Position numbers and translations under genes: made by a program
Source of the DNA: a virus
Direction: 5' to 3' (one strand)
IMG/VR virus record: IMGVR_UViG_3300043270_000050
Location: 1-64,000 of that record
DNA: 64,000 nt
Notes under the pieces: generated by a model
Databases searched by the model: none
The model's input: only the letters and a program-made list of their open reading frames with translations
What the model was told of the DNA's origin: nothing
In this document: one piece after another, positions 16,973 through 26,414 of the stretch
Numbering within the stretch: the stretch's first letter is position 1
Layout: the number at the start of each line of letters is the position of its first letter

Positions 16973-17173
16973 TCAGAGCTGGCTACAGGGGCACTCGTCG
17001 TGAAACGTGAGCCGAACTTTGTCCCCTTTGCGCTGCGCCAAGATCCACTTTTGAATCGGCCTCGAGTAGTAGATGTGACCTTTGTCCGTGGAAACATCGC
17101 GGTGCATCACCGCATGGTACTGCTTCAACGTCCCGTGGAATTGGTCTACGGGGACCGTCATAGAGCTCGCCAT
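16973..17173 (-). CDS. hypothetical protein (66 aa)
   Basis: Its ATG shares 1 nt with the upstream stop (TGATG). Confidence 0.45.
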   Translation of the reverse strand: MASSMTVPVDQFHGTLKQYHAVMHRDVSTDKGHIYYSRPIQKWILAQRKGDKVRLTFHDECPCSQL

Positions 17174-19335
17174 CAGAGAAAATCTCCTATCCGCCCGACA
17201 TAGGACTGGACAGAAGGATAGCGCCGCTGGACGGGGCGTTGAATCTGCGGGATGAAAAACCCGCGCGCCTGTGCAACCCGCGGAACGATGCTCGCAGGCC
17301 TTTGAATGAAGCCGCGCGCCTGCGGAACGATGCTCGCTGCCTTGCGCACCTCAGACGGAACGACCTCACGAACGGCGGACCGAACGGCCTTCTTCACCTG
17401 CTTTTTCGCCTGCTTCGTGACGAACTTCCCCGCGGCGGTCGTGACGCGTGGGGCGATGCGCTGAAGGACCTGCGCGCGCCCTGCGAGCTGCCCTACGCCG
17501 AGCTGCTTCAAGGCCTTGCCGCCGAACTGGTCGAGCAACTTGCTCGAGTCGACCGGGAGCACCTGGCTCACGCCCGGAATGTTCACGCCGCCCGTGAGCG
17601 CACCCTGACCGATGCGCGACACGGCGCCGAGAAGCGCCTTCGGGGAGAAGGTCGTCTTATAGAGCGTCTTGCCCACACTCTTGAAGGTCGACTTCACCCG
17701 CCCGGGTCGAAACGTGCCTTTGGTGAGCCCGAGGTTTTTGAAGCCTCCGCACACGCTCTTGTTGATGGTCGTCGCCTGCCGCGCGGCCTCGGAGCCGACC
17801 GACCCGCCCACCGTTCCACCCACTGCCGTCCCGACGGCCTGCGCTGCCGCGCCAATCGCCGCCTTGCCGAGCTTCGAGTTTGAAATTTGGCAGGGGTAGT
17901 CGAGCAAAAACTTCCCCGCGACGTTCGCGATGTCCTTTGCCTGCGAGCGGACCGAGTTGCCGATCGCCTTGAAGGCGCCTTTGATATCGCCCTTCGCAGC
18001 GCGCTTGGCCGCCTTCACCGTCGCCTCGATGGGCGTGTAGGCCACGGCCTTCACGAGCTTGCCGGTCGTCTTGCCGACCTCTTTGACGACACTCGCCGTC
18101 GTCTTGGCGACCGACTTGATCCCCTTGCCGACTTTCTTGAAGCCCTTTTTGACCTTTCGAAACGCCTTTCGAAAGCTCCACTCGAGTCCTGCAAAAAGCG
18201 CGAGGTCTGCGCGCTCGATGGCGTTGAGCTCCGCCTCGTAGGGGTCGTGAAAGGAGATCGTGGCGGCGAAGCCTTCGAGGCCTTCTTTTTGCTCCCACTT
18301 GGCGAGCTGCTTGGCGCGAATGCCCCGGATCTGTTCGCTCTTTTTGCCGATCGCGTGGTACATCGACCCAAGGGCCGCCGTCGCTCCGACGTCGCCCGTG
18401 AGCACGGTGCTCGCGGTCATCTGCAGAAGCGCCGCCTGCGCCACGCCGTTCTGGGCGAGGGGCGTCGCGAGCGCGTTGATCTTCTGGTAGCGCACCGCGC
18501 GTCGACCGAGCGCGATAGACCGCGCGCGGAGCTTTTTCAAACGCTCGATGTCCATGAGCGTGAGGTCTTTTCGCGGCTGACCCGTCGCGTCGACGAGCTG
18601 GCGCGCGAGCATTTGCGCGCGCTGGTCGAGCGTATCGATCTCCTTGAGCGTGCGGCGGTACCCCGCACGCGCCTCCGCCGCGGCTTTCATGCGGTCGTCC
18701 GCGAGGGACGCGATCTGCATGCTCTTCTTGATGAGCTCCTGCGCGGTCTTGCCCGCCTGCGGCGTCCCCGCGAGCGCGGCCGAGGCGACCACCTTGCGGT
18801 AGGCTTTCACCTTCGGATTCGAAGGCTGGCTTTCTGCAAGGGCACCAAGTCCCTCGAGCGCGCCGCCTGCCACGCTGAGGTCGAGCTCGTCGTCGGCGCC
18901 CCCGCTCGACAAGCCCGACAGCGACGTCAGGTTGCGCGTGAGCCTAGCCTGCAGCTCCCACTCGTGCACGCCGAGCGTGCCGAGATCCGCCGAGGGGATC
19001 TCGATGCCGCTGTCCGTGAAAACAGGGTCCTTGTAGGGAGTCGGCCACGGCGTGCCCGCTGCGGCGTCGCTCGCTGCCTGCAGGGGATTGAGCAGGTGAT
19101 CCTCGAACGCACAGGCCTCTGCGATGGTGTCGAAGGTGGTGAGGCCTTCCTCATAGTTGCCGAGTGCCGCGAGCGCGGAGAGCACAGGCCCCTCCGTGCC
19201 GCCCGAGGTCACGTGGAACGTGGGCTCGTCACAAAACTGCGCCTCGAGTGCGCTCTGATCGAGGAAGCCGTCCTGCACCTCGGACAGACGGTCTGCCAGG
19301 TCAGCTCTCGGCTCCCCTCTGCCCGCTGCAAACAT
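17173..19335 (-). CDS. large virion-associated-type protein (720 aa), helical N-terminal half and Lys/Gly/Ala-rich C-terminal half
   Basis: Long coherent ORF. The KKGFKKVGKGIKSVAKTT... region resembles internal/ejection or tape-measure-like proteins, judged on composition only. Confidence 0.6.
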   Translation of the reverse strand: MFAAGRGEPRADLADRLSEVQDGFLDQSALEAQFCDEPTFHVTSGGTEGPVLSALAALGNYEEGLTTFDTIAEACAFEDHLLNPLQAASDAAAGTPWPTPYKDPVFTDSGIEIPSADLGTLGVHEWELQARLTRNLTSLSGLSSGGADDELDLSVAGGALEGLGALAESQPSNPKVKAYRKVVASAALAGTPQAGKTAQELIKKSMQIASLADDRMKAAAEARAGYRRTLKEIDTLDQRAQMLARQLVDATGQPRKDLTLMDIERLKKLRARSIALGRRAVRYQKINALATPLAQNGVAQAALLQMTASTVLTGDVGATAALGSMYHAIGKKSEQIRGIRAKQLAKWEQKEGLEGFAATISFHDPYEAELNAIERADLALFAGLEWSFRKAFRKVKKGFKKVGKGIKSVAKTTASVVKEVGKTTGKLVKAVAYTPIEATVKAAKRAAKGDIKGAFKAIGNSVRSQAKDIANVAGKFLLDYPCQISNSKLGKAAIGAAAQAVGTAVGGTVGGSVGSEAARQATTINKSVCGGFKNLGLTKGTFRPGRVKSTFKSVGKTLYKTTFSPKALLGAVSRIGQGALTGGVNIPGVSQVLPVDSSKLLDQFGGKALKQLGVGQLAGRAQVLQRIAPRVTTAAGKFVTKQAKKQVKKAVRSAVREVVPSEVRKAASIVPQARGFIQRPASIVPRVAQARGFFIPQIQRPVQRRYPSVQSYVGRIGDFL

Positions 19336-19341
19336 GACGCC

Positions 19342-20316
19342 TCACTTCCATAGACCAGACGGCGAGTAGGGGCGCGTCGCATAGACGGGCACCCCGTTCA
19401 CGGTCGCCGAAGAAAGAATGTTCCGACGCGTGCGTCGGATGCGCGCGATCTGCGAGGCCAAGACCTGCGCGTTTTTCATCGCGGCGACGCGCGCGTTTGG
19501 AGTGGACGCCGTACGCGCCTTGTTGGACGCAGCGACCGCGGCCTTCAACTTCGCAGCGAGAGAGGCCTTGCTGGCTGTCTTTCGAAACGCCGGTCGAAGG
19601 TTGGGCGCGAGCCGGCCCAAAAACGCGTCGTCCTTGATCGCGTCAAGCCCCGCAAGACCCACCGAGCTCGGCATGAGCGGAAGACCCGGTGCGTAGCTCG
19701 AGCCGCCGGAGTAGTTCGCCCCCTCGGACGGATCGATGACGTTCTTGCGCGATAGAACGCCAGGCATGACCGCCTTCGCGTATTGCGTGGCGGACGCGCG
19801 CACTTGCCCAATGCGACCATCGCTCGGATCGAGCGCGCGCAGGGCCTCGAGACCGTTGAACGCGCCGGCGAGGTCCTGGTCGACGTAGCTCCCGAACGAG
19901 TTGCCGAGGCCTGCCGCGCCGTAGCCGCTCTGCCCGAGGCCTGCGCGGCCGTAGCCATCCGCCTGCGCGAGTCCTGAGCTCGAGGGCAGAAGCGGCATGC
20001 CCGGCGCGTAGCTCGAGCCCCCTGTGTAGTTGGCGCCGCCCGAGGGGTCGATGACGTGTCGACGGGGCGGAAGTACTCCTGAGGCGACGCCCGCAAGACC
20101 CACCGAGCTCGGCATGAGCGGAAGACCCGGTGCGTAGCTCGAGCCGCCGGAGTAGTTCGCCCCCTCGGACGGATCGATGACGTTCTTGCGCGATAGAACG
20201 CCAGGCATGACCGCCGTCGCGTACTGCGTAACGCTCGCGCGCACCTGCCCGATACGCCCGTCTGCGGGGCTCATTTCGAAGCCGTCGAGGACGGCGATTT
20301 GCTCTGCCAAGGTCAT
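19342..20316 (-). CDS. hypothetical protein with three copies of a VIDPS-G-ANY-GGSSYAPG-PL-PSS motif (324 aa)
   Basis: Internal DNA repeat with 124 bp of perfect identity. Confidence 0.6.
   Translation of the reverse strand: MTLAEQIAVLDGFEMSPADGRIGQVRASVTQYATAVMPGVLSRKNVIDPSEGANYSGGSSYAPGLPLMPSSVGLAGVASGVLPPRRHVIDPSGGANYTGGSSYAPGMPLLPSSSGLAQADGYGRAGLGQSGYGAAGLGNSFGSYVDQDLAGAFNGLEALRALDPSDGRIGQVRASATQYAKAVMPGVLSRKNVIDPSEGANYSGGSSYAPGLPLMPSSVGLAGLDAIKDDAFLGRLAPNLRPAFRKTASKASLAAKLKAAVAASNKARTASTPNARVAAMKNAQVLASQIARIRRTRRNILSSATVNGVPVYATRPYSPSGLWK
19651..19774. repeat. Intragenic direct repeat, copy 1 (124 bp identical to 20092-20215)
   Basis: Aligned by eye base for base. The offset of 441 bp equals 147 codons. 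Confidence 0.85.
20092..20215. repeat. Intragenic direct repeat, copy 2
   Basis: Identical to 19651-19774. Similarity continues in diverged form for ~60 bp more. Confidence 0.85.
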
Positions 20317-20334
20317 GAAAACGCCTCCAACGGC

Positions 20335-23172
20335 TTATGGTACCATCGATGAAGACCGGCCTTTTTCAGCGCGGTGCTCCTTTTCGCCTTTGAAAAGAAG
20401 GAACGCCGCCCCTGCAGCGGCGAGAAGCGCAAGGCCCCAGTTTCCGCCACCTTTTGCAGGCGGTGGCTCCGGTGCGGAGGGCTCCGGAGCCGGCGGCGGT
20501 GCGCTCGGCTGCTCGGGCTCCGGCGAGGGCTCGAAGGGCATCGGCCCAGGGATCGGTGGCGGCGCCGGCATCGGCTGAGGTTCCGGGAGCGGAACGATGG
20601 GCGCAGGGCCCGCGGGGATGTCGACAGGCCCCTCGTCGGTCTGAATGACGGACGGTTGGATGACGGACGGTTGGACGGGCTGCTGGATGGGCTGCTGCGA
20701 GGGGAAGACAGGCTGCGTGAGAAACGCATCGGGCTTGTCGACCCGCCCTGTGACGTAGGCCGGATCCGTGATCGCTACCGTCTTCTTTTTCTTTGGAAGC
20801 GGCTCCTCATCCGACTCACGCAACGGCCCCTTTTTGCCTCGCGCGAGGAAGTTCTTGGACAGGCTTTGAACTGTCTGCGCCACCTCAGGGGTGAGCCGGA
20901 TGTAGTTCGCGCCCTTCGGCGTCTCGGCGAGGTCGCCGAACACGCCGTATAGACCATTCAACGCCTTCGATGACTTTTTCACCGAGAGCAAGCGGTTCGT
21001 GAGCGCCTTCCATTTACCGGCAGGGATATTCGGCCGGCCCCACAACTTGTCGCTGAACGTCTCGTAGAGCGCCTTGCTCGTGTTTTCGTCCCAGCGACCA
21101 GTGAGCTTGATTCCGGGCAGCATCGGCCCCGGAATGACGCCTTCCTTCTGCCGTTCGCGAACCTCGCTGAGAGCCTGTTGAAGCGTCGAGACGGGCACCT
21201 GCACGGTCGCTGCTGCGACGCGGCTCGCGAGGTAGTCGTCGACCTTCTTTTCAACTTCTTGGACCCTCTTTGCGTCGGCCTCTTTTTTCTCGACAGCCTT
21301 CTTGACCGTCTTGAAATTACTGGCAGCCGCCTTCACCGCGCTTGCGTATTGCTCGGGAAGCTTGAGGGTCTTTTTGTCCTTCGAGACCAGGTGATTTTTG
21401 AACGCGCGCTCCCACACCGGGAGGGCTTTCGCGGGAATGTTTGCAAAGCGCAAGAACATCGTCTCGGTCGTTGCGTCCCATTCGTGTCCCGAGGAGACCT
21501 TCGGGAACTGGCCTTTGTAGGCGTCGACCTGATTTGCGAAACGGAGGGCCTGCTTCACTTCGAGGGCCGTCACGCTCGACGTGGAGAGCGCGACGATCTC
21601 CTGCACACTGAGGCGTAGCGCCCCCTCTTTGACGAGCGCGGTCTTCGTCTGCGGAACGACCTCGAGGCCGTACTGCTTCGAGATCTGCGAGGTGCCGTTG
21701 AGCTTTCGCGCCTTGGCGAGCGCAGCCCACGCGTCCTGGAGCTCCTTCTCGTTCTTCGGCTGTACCCGAAACCCGCGAAGCACGACCCCGAGCTCGTTCT
21801 GAGAGATCGGCTCGAGCTTCACTGTAGAAGGCTTCACCCCTCCCGGCGCGGGCTTCTTTTCCGCCTTCGCACTGACCGGGATGCCCTTCGGCTCGGCCTT
21901 TTGGTCGCCCGCTTGCCCCGAGAGCTCTGTGAAGGTCTTTGGGTCGACCCACGCCTCGATGGGGCCTGCGCGGTCGAACACGCCATCGAGCTTTCGACGT
22001 ACTGCGGCCTGCCTCCACGCCGCCGCGGTCTTCGGGCCGAAGTCACCGTCGCGCTTGATCGCGACGCCGAGCCGGATGAGCACATCCTGCGCTTGGCCGA
22101 CGTTGATTTTGGTGAGCCCACTGCGACTGGGATCGGTCGGCTTCGCCTTCGTTTTTGTCGACGGCGTTGGAGGTTTAGGTGCAACCCCTGTCCGGACCGC
22201 GGCTGCAGCCGCAGTGAGCGCTTGGAACGTGGCAGGATCGACGAACGCCTCGTTCGGTGCTGCGCGATTGAAAACGGGGTTGAGCTTGCGCTTCTGCGCC
22301 GCTGCCTTCCACGCGCTCGCGGTCTTCGGGCCGAATAGACCATCAGCCGCGATCTTGGCGCCGAGCGTGACGAGGACCTCCTGCGCCTGGCCAATGTTCA
22401 CGCGTGCGAGCGCGGTCGACGTGGGCTTTTGCCCGGCCGGCGACATAGAAGGCTTCGTCGGGGTGCCCGCAAGCTTTCGCCGCACGTCAGCGAGGGTCAT
22501 CGGCGTGGGCTTTGCGCTGCGAGCGCGCACACGCAGGCTTGCGAGAGCTTCGGGGTCGACGTACACCTTCCACACATCCCCCACCACCGGATGCGTGGTT
22601 CCCGAGACGCGAAACACGCGCCCCAGGTACAACCACACGTCCCGCAGGTCCGGTCCGTAGGGCGTCGCGACCGGGATGTCGATCCCGAACGCGCGGGCAA
22701 TTTGCGCCAGGGCGCCCGTCTTCTCGACAATGCCCCCAGGCCCCGGTGCGGATGTCGGTGCGACCGGCAGAGGCGGGGGCGGCCCGTATTTCGATGCAAC
22801 CGGCAGAGGCGGAGGCGGACCGTACTTCGACGCGGCGGGCACCGTCACCGCCGCGGGCGCGCTTCGCGCCGACTCCGCCTGGAGTTGCCTCAGCGTTTTG
22901 GTGGCGAGCAGCTTTTTCGTGACGGGCTCGAAGAAAAACTGATCGCCCGGCAACAAAGACTTTCCGCCGACCGTGCGCGGCGTGCCGAGCGCGATAACCT
23001 GATTGCCTGACGCATCGGGCAGCTTCAGGTCTTTCTTCGTGCTCTTTGCCTGAAGGGCTTTCGCGAGCGAAAACCAGGTCGTTGGCGTCGTCGCGGACGG
23101 CGTTGCACCGAGCTCTCCATTTTCGTGGAGAACCCCGAGATACTCAGCCAGCTGTTCGCTCAAAAAGTCCAT
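20335..23172 (-). CDS. large protein with two peptidoglycan-binding (PG_binding_1-like) repeats, Pro-rich region and C-terminal TM (945 aa)
   Basis: GQAQEVLVTLGAKIAADGLFGPKTASAWKAAAQ and GQAQDVLIRLGVAIKRDGDFGPKTAAAWRQAAV match the DG.FG..T motif. ASKYGPPPPLPV is duplicated. C-terminal WGLALLAAAGAAFLLF. Confidence 0.7.
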   Translation of the reverse strand: MDFLSEQLAEYLGVLHENGELGATPSATTPTTWFSLAKALQAKSTKKDLKLPDASGNQVIALGTPRTVGGKSLLPGDQFFFEPVTKKLLATKTLRQLQAESARSAPAAVTVPAASKYGPPPPLPVASKYGPPPPLPVAPTSAPGPGGIVEKTGALAQIARAFGIDIPVATPYGPDLRDVWLYLGRVFRVSGTTHPVVGDVWKVYVDPEALASLRVRARSAKPTPMTLADVRRKLAGTPTKPSMSPAGQKPTSTALARVNIGQAQEVLVTLGAKIAADGLFGPKTASAWKAAAQKRKLNPVFNRAAPNEAFVDPATFQALTAAAAAVRTGVAPKPPTPSTKTKAKPTDPSRSGLTKINVGQAQDVLIRLGVAIKRDGDFGPKTAAAWRQAAVRRKLDGVFDRAGPIEAWVDPKTFTELSGQAGDQKAEPKGIPVSAKAEKKPAPGGVKPSTVKLEPISQNELGVVLRGFRVQPKNEKELQDAWAALAKARKLNGTSQISKQYGLEVVPQTKTALVKEGALRLSVQEIVALSTSSVTALEVKQALRFANQVDAYKGQFPKVSSGHEWDATTETMFLRFANIPAKALPVWERAFKNHLVSKDKKTLKLPEQYASAVKAAASNFKTVKKAVEKKEADAKRVQEVEKKVDDYLASRVAAATVQVPVSTLQQALSEVRERQKEGVIPGPMLPGIKLTGRWDENTSKALYETFSDKLWGRPNIPAGKWKALTNRLLSVKKSSKALNGLYGVFGDLAETPKGANYIRLTPEVAQTVQSLSKNFLARGKKGPLRESDEEPLPKKKKTVAITDPAYVTGRVDKPDAFLTQPVFPSQQPIQQPVQPSVIQPSVIQTDEGPVDIPAGPAPIVPLPEPQPMPAPPPIPGPMPFEPSPEPEQPSAPPPAPEPSAPEPPPAKGGGNWGLALLAAAGAAFLLFKGEKEHRAEKGRSSSMVP

Positions 23173-23175
23173 CGG

Positions 23176-23595
23176 TCAAAACCACACGGCAGAGGTGATC
23201 ACGGAGAAGTTCGCGCCGATCGCCTGCGCGTAGAGCGTATCTCCCGGCAAAAGGACGGCGGAGAAGCTGTTGCCCGCCCCCGGACCCATCGTGTTGACCA
23301 TGACCGAAGGAATCGCCGTGTTGGCCCCGACCATTTCGCCCGACGAGAACATCGCCTCGCGCGTCGCCGCATCACTCGCGAGGAGCGCGACCGCGACGTA
23401 GGCACAGACGCCCTGGTTTGCCTGCACGCCCGTGTTGCCGAGGATCTTCGTCGGCATTTGCGTCACGAGGTCGAGCTTGATTTTTTGACCGTGTGCCACC
23501 CTGCGCGGTCCGACGACGGACGCGATGTAGGCCCGGATGTTGAGGTTTCCCCTCCCCGGGTCGAGAAAACTCAGGATGGCGTTCTCGAGGTTCAT
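23176..23595 (-). CDS. beta-rich putative virion protein (139 aa)
   Basis: Tightly packed, 4 nt from the upstream gene. No recognisable motif. Confidence 0.55.
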   Translation of the reverse strand: MNLENAILSFLDPGRGNLNIRAYIASVVGPRRVAHGQKIKLDLVTQMPTKILGNTGVQANQGVCAYVAVALLASDAATREAMFSSGEMVGANTAIPSVMVNTMGPGAGNSFSAVLLPGDTLYAQAIGANFSVITSAVWF

Positions 23596-23599
23596 TCAC

Positions 23600-24214
23600 T
23601 CACCGGCCCGGCCGACACGCAGTCAGATCACCCACGATCTGGATGCCAAACTCCTGCGCGGAGCCGACGAGCGCGGGCCAGCGCGCCGTATCGACGAACC
23701 ACGACACCACGAGCTGCGTCCCGGGGACGGTCGTGTAGATGCCGTCGAATTCGGCGACATTACCGGCACCTCCATTCGCGAGGAGCGATTGAAGGTTGAT
23801 CGGCGTTTTGAAAACCGAGAAGTCTCGGCCCGCGTCCGAGATGTTGAAAGACACGAGCGCGGGAGCGGCGCCGGTGAATTGCGGGTTCATCGCGTAGGCC
23901 ATCAGCCGACGAAATGAAAAGTTGTACATGCTGATCACCTGCACGGGCTGCGTGCTGAAGGTGATGTTGCCTGCGGGATCGATCTGCACCCGGAAGTGGA
24001 TGTCATCGATGCGCATGTTCTCGGGGGCGAGCACACCGCTCGAGAGGTCACTGTAGTACTCGACCAGCGCGCCGGGCGGAACGAGCCGACCCTTGTCACG
24101 CGCCCGCTCCCTTTCAACGAGAGCTTTGACCTGCGCTTGCAGCTGCGCGAGCGGATCCGACGGCACGTTCGTCACCAGTTCTTGCGCGAAAGCGCCCAGA
24201 TTTCCTCTGCTCAT
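23600..24214 (-). CDS. beta-rich putative virion protein (204 aa)
   Basis: Coherent ORF downstream of the putative major structural gene. Confidence 0.55.
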   Translation of the reverse strand: MSRGNLGAFAQELVTNVPSDPLAQLQAQVKALVERERARDKGRLVPPGALVEYYSDLSSGVLAPENMRIDDIHFRVQIDPAGNITFSTQPVQVISMYNFSFRRLMAYAMNPQFTGAAPALVSFNISDAGRDFSVFKTPINLQSLLANGGAGNVAEFDGIYTTVPGTQLVVSWFVDTARWPALVGSAQEFGIQIVGDLTACRPGR

Positions 24215-24277
24215 TGCGAACCGCCTTGTACGCGAAAGGTCCTTTTTTCAAAACGAGACGACTACGAAACGGAGGGC

Positions 24278-24317
24278 CCGAGGGCGGAGGAAAGAAGAAG
24301 CGAACCTCCGCCCTCGG
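24278..24317 (-). terminator. 13-bp perfect stem-loop CCGAGGGCGGAGG / CCTCCGCCCTCGG just downstream of gene 24330-25004
   Basis: Read directly. No adjacent U-run, so it may be an attenuator or a stability element. Confidence 0.45.
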
Positions 24318-24329
24318 TCCCACCCTGCA

Positions 24330-25004
24330 TCACTTGGTGACCGCGGCGCGGATCAAGCCATGCAGGTAGTTGGTGACGAACACCGGCGCGTCGAGCGTCG
24401 GGGCCATCACGAACGGGGGTTGAATGGGGCCAAGGGCCGAACCGGCACCCGGAGCCACCGCCCAGTTACGGGCATCGAAGCGCAAGACGCCCTCGAGCTC
24501 GTGGTTTTGGTTGAGCATCTGCTTTTTCACGAGACGGGCTGCGGAAGCCGTCGCGGGAACGCCAATCGACACGATGCCCTGGTCGTTTTCGTTCGTCTGC
24601 CCGTAGATGCCGTAGCCGGAGGGGAATTTCACCGCCGGCCCTTCATCTTGTAGGATTTCATTGATGCGCAGACGGTAGTACGAGTTCTCGAAGACCTTCT
24701 TCAAGTCACGCGGAAACGTCAGCGTGTTGCCGGTCGCGAGCCTGAAATACAGGCCGATGCGATCGAGCACCATGCTCTCGCCCGCGGACAGCTTGCGTGC
24801 GGTCTTCAGGTTCGTATCGGTCGTGTTCTTGAGGTTCAGATCCGCGAAGAACTGAAACTCGGTGCCGGCAGCGATCGCCGTCGCGGCCGGAATCACGATC
24901 GTGTCGTACTTGTCGCTTTCACGAAAGTCGCGGATGTTCACGACCTGCCCGGTGTCCGTGTCGCGAAAAAGGCCGGGCTGTCCCTCAACTGGTTGCAGTG
25001 CCAT
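24330..25004 (-). CDS. putative major virion/capsid protein (224 aa), fold unknown
   Basis: Strong SD (GGAGGAGAGCATAA-ATG). Isolated by intergenic spacers. Followed by a strong hairpin. Beta-rich composition. The assignment is positional only. Confidence 0.4.
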   Translation of the reverse strand: MALQPVEGQPGLFRDTDTGQVVNIRDFRESDKYDTIVIPAATAIAAGTEFQFFADLNLKNTTDTNLKTARKLSAGESMVLDRIGLYFRLATGNTLTFPRDLKKVFENSYYRLRINEILQDEGPAVKFPSGYGIYGQTNENDQGIVSIGVPATASAARLVKKQMLNQNHELEGVLRFDARNWAVAPGAGSALGPIQPPFVMAPTLDAPVFVTNYLHGLIRAAVTK

Positions 25005-25053
25005 TTATGCTCTCCTCCATTCCCTCAGTGCACTGGGTTTTTCAGCGCCGACC

Positions 25054-25638
25054 TCAGCTGAGGTACGGAGCGTACGCCCCCAAGGTCTCTTCCTGTGTGA
25101 CGGTGCCGTAGAAGCCCATGAGGGCTTCGGGCGTGACGGTGGGATCGCCAAATCCCTGGAACGCGCCGGGTGCGGCCGACACGTTGGTGGCCTCGAGCGC
25201 GGCGAGGGCCTCCATGCTGTTCGAGTAGTCCATGTCGCCGCTGAGCTCCATGTCCTCGGGCAGCGCGCTCAGGGAGATGGGCTTGTCCTTCGCGATGATG
25301 GCGTTCCAAAGGTTGATGGCCGCGAGCGTGCCGAGGCTGACCGCGGCGCCCATGGCGACCTTCTCCATGTTGGGGCTGCCCGCCTGCATGCTGTACATCG
25401 CGGCGAGTGAGCCCACGACGAGCTGGATGCCGGCGGTCTGGATGCGCTGACCCATCTCGGAGTCGCGCTTCAGGAAGTCGACCTTCGACTGCACGGCCTC
25501 GAGCGCCATGCTGAGCCCGATGCCGGCCGCCGCCCCGCCCGCACCCATGATCAGCGTGTCCATCGCCGTGGGGACGAGCACCTCGGTGTCGAGCCATGCG
25601 CCGAGACCCCCGTATTCCAAACCCATCATATCGTCCAT
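25054..25638 (-). CDS. membrane protein with Gly/Ala-zipper TM segments (194 aa)
   Basis: GAGGAGG SD. TM segments GAGGAAAGIGLSMAL, IQLVVGSLAAMYSM and AAVSLGTLAAINLW. Confidence 0.6.
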   Translation of the reverse strand: MDDMMGLEYGGLGAWLDTEVLVPTAMDTLIMGAGGAAAGIGLSMALEAVQSKVDFLKRDSEMGQRIQTAGIQLVVGSLAAMYSMQAGSPNMEKVAMGAAVSLGTLAAINLWNAIIAKDKPISLSALPEDMELSGDMDYSNSMEALAALEATNVSAAPGAFQGFGDPTVTPEALMGFYGTVTQEETLGAYAPYLS

Positions 25639-25693
25639 GAGATCCTCCTCTCGTAGGCCTCATGACGGGCCACGAGGTTCACCCCCGGGTCGA

Positions 25694-26368
25694 CTATCTC
25701 ACCGGGAAAACACGAGAGTCCGCCACCATTCTTGGAGGCGCCTCCCATCCAAACGGAACCGGCACAGACGCGTCCATCGAGATCCATTTTTGAGGCTTTG
25801 CTCGAGGAAAACCCGCCTGCGCGTAGATGTGGTTCCAATCAGAACCGCCTTTGGTGCGAATGACTTTGAATCGACACGGTATTCCGATTGAAAGCAGAGA
25901 GGCACAAACGAGAGTTGAGGCGTCGTCACAATCTCCGCTCTGAAGTGCCAAGGTCTTATAGGGACTCTGGTACGTGTCCACCCCGTGGATGTCGGAAGTG
26001 TATCGCACACGACGCCGGATCGCGTCGAAGATTGCGCGCGCTTCCCGTTCGCTGTCTTTTTCGGCGATGCACCAGTCGTCGCCGCAGCGCTGCGTCACCG
26101 CCTGGCGAGCGAACGCATAGATGCGCGGGTCGCGCTTGCCCTCGTCTACCCGATCTCGCAAATGCTTGATCCGCTCATCGAGGTTGCGAATGTGATACGA
26201 ACGGATGCGCATATCGCCATTCGCGGTCTGCACCCGTCCGGAATCGTGAAAAGGTGCTTTCGCAAGGCCTCTTGGCTCGCCTTTTAGCGTTTGAAGACCT
26301 TTTCGAAAGTGGTGTGCTCCATAGGCGATCGATGCGAGTCCGAGCACAACTTGTCCGAGCGACGCCAT
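25694..26368 (-). CDS. transglutaminase-like cysteine protease-fold protein with N-terminal anchor (224 aa)
   Basis: ALQSGDCDDASTLVCASLLSIGIPCRF ... WNHIYAQ ... WISMDAS fits the Cys-His-Asp transglutaminase core. Confidence 0.65.
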   Translation of the reverse strand: MASLGQVVLGLASIAYGAHHFRKGLQTLKGEPRGLAKAPFHDSGRVQTANGDMRIRSYHIRNLDERIKHLRDRVDEGKRDPRIYAFARQAVTQRCGDDWCIAEKDSEREARAIFDAIRRRVRYTSDIHGVDTYQSPYKTLALQSGDCDDASTLVCASLLSIGIPCRFKVIRTKGGSDWNHIYAQAGFPRAKPQKWISMDASVPVPFGWEAPPRMVADSRVFPVR

Positions 26369-26414
26369 GCGAACGAGCTTAGCGCCCGCGATACGAGCGG
26401 CTCAAGCGACACCT

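Noticed and set aside
17887-19353. 488-aa plus-strand ORF antisense to the 720-aa gene
   Set aside because: It has an Arg/Leu/Gly-rich, low-information composition typical of antisense frames in high-GC DNA, while the minus-strand product has normal composition and operon context.
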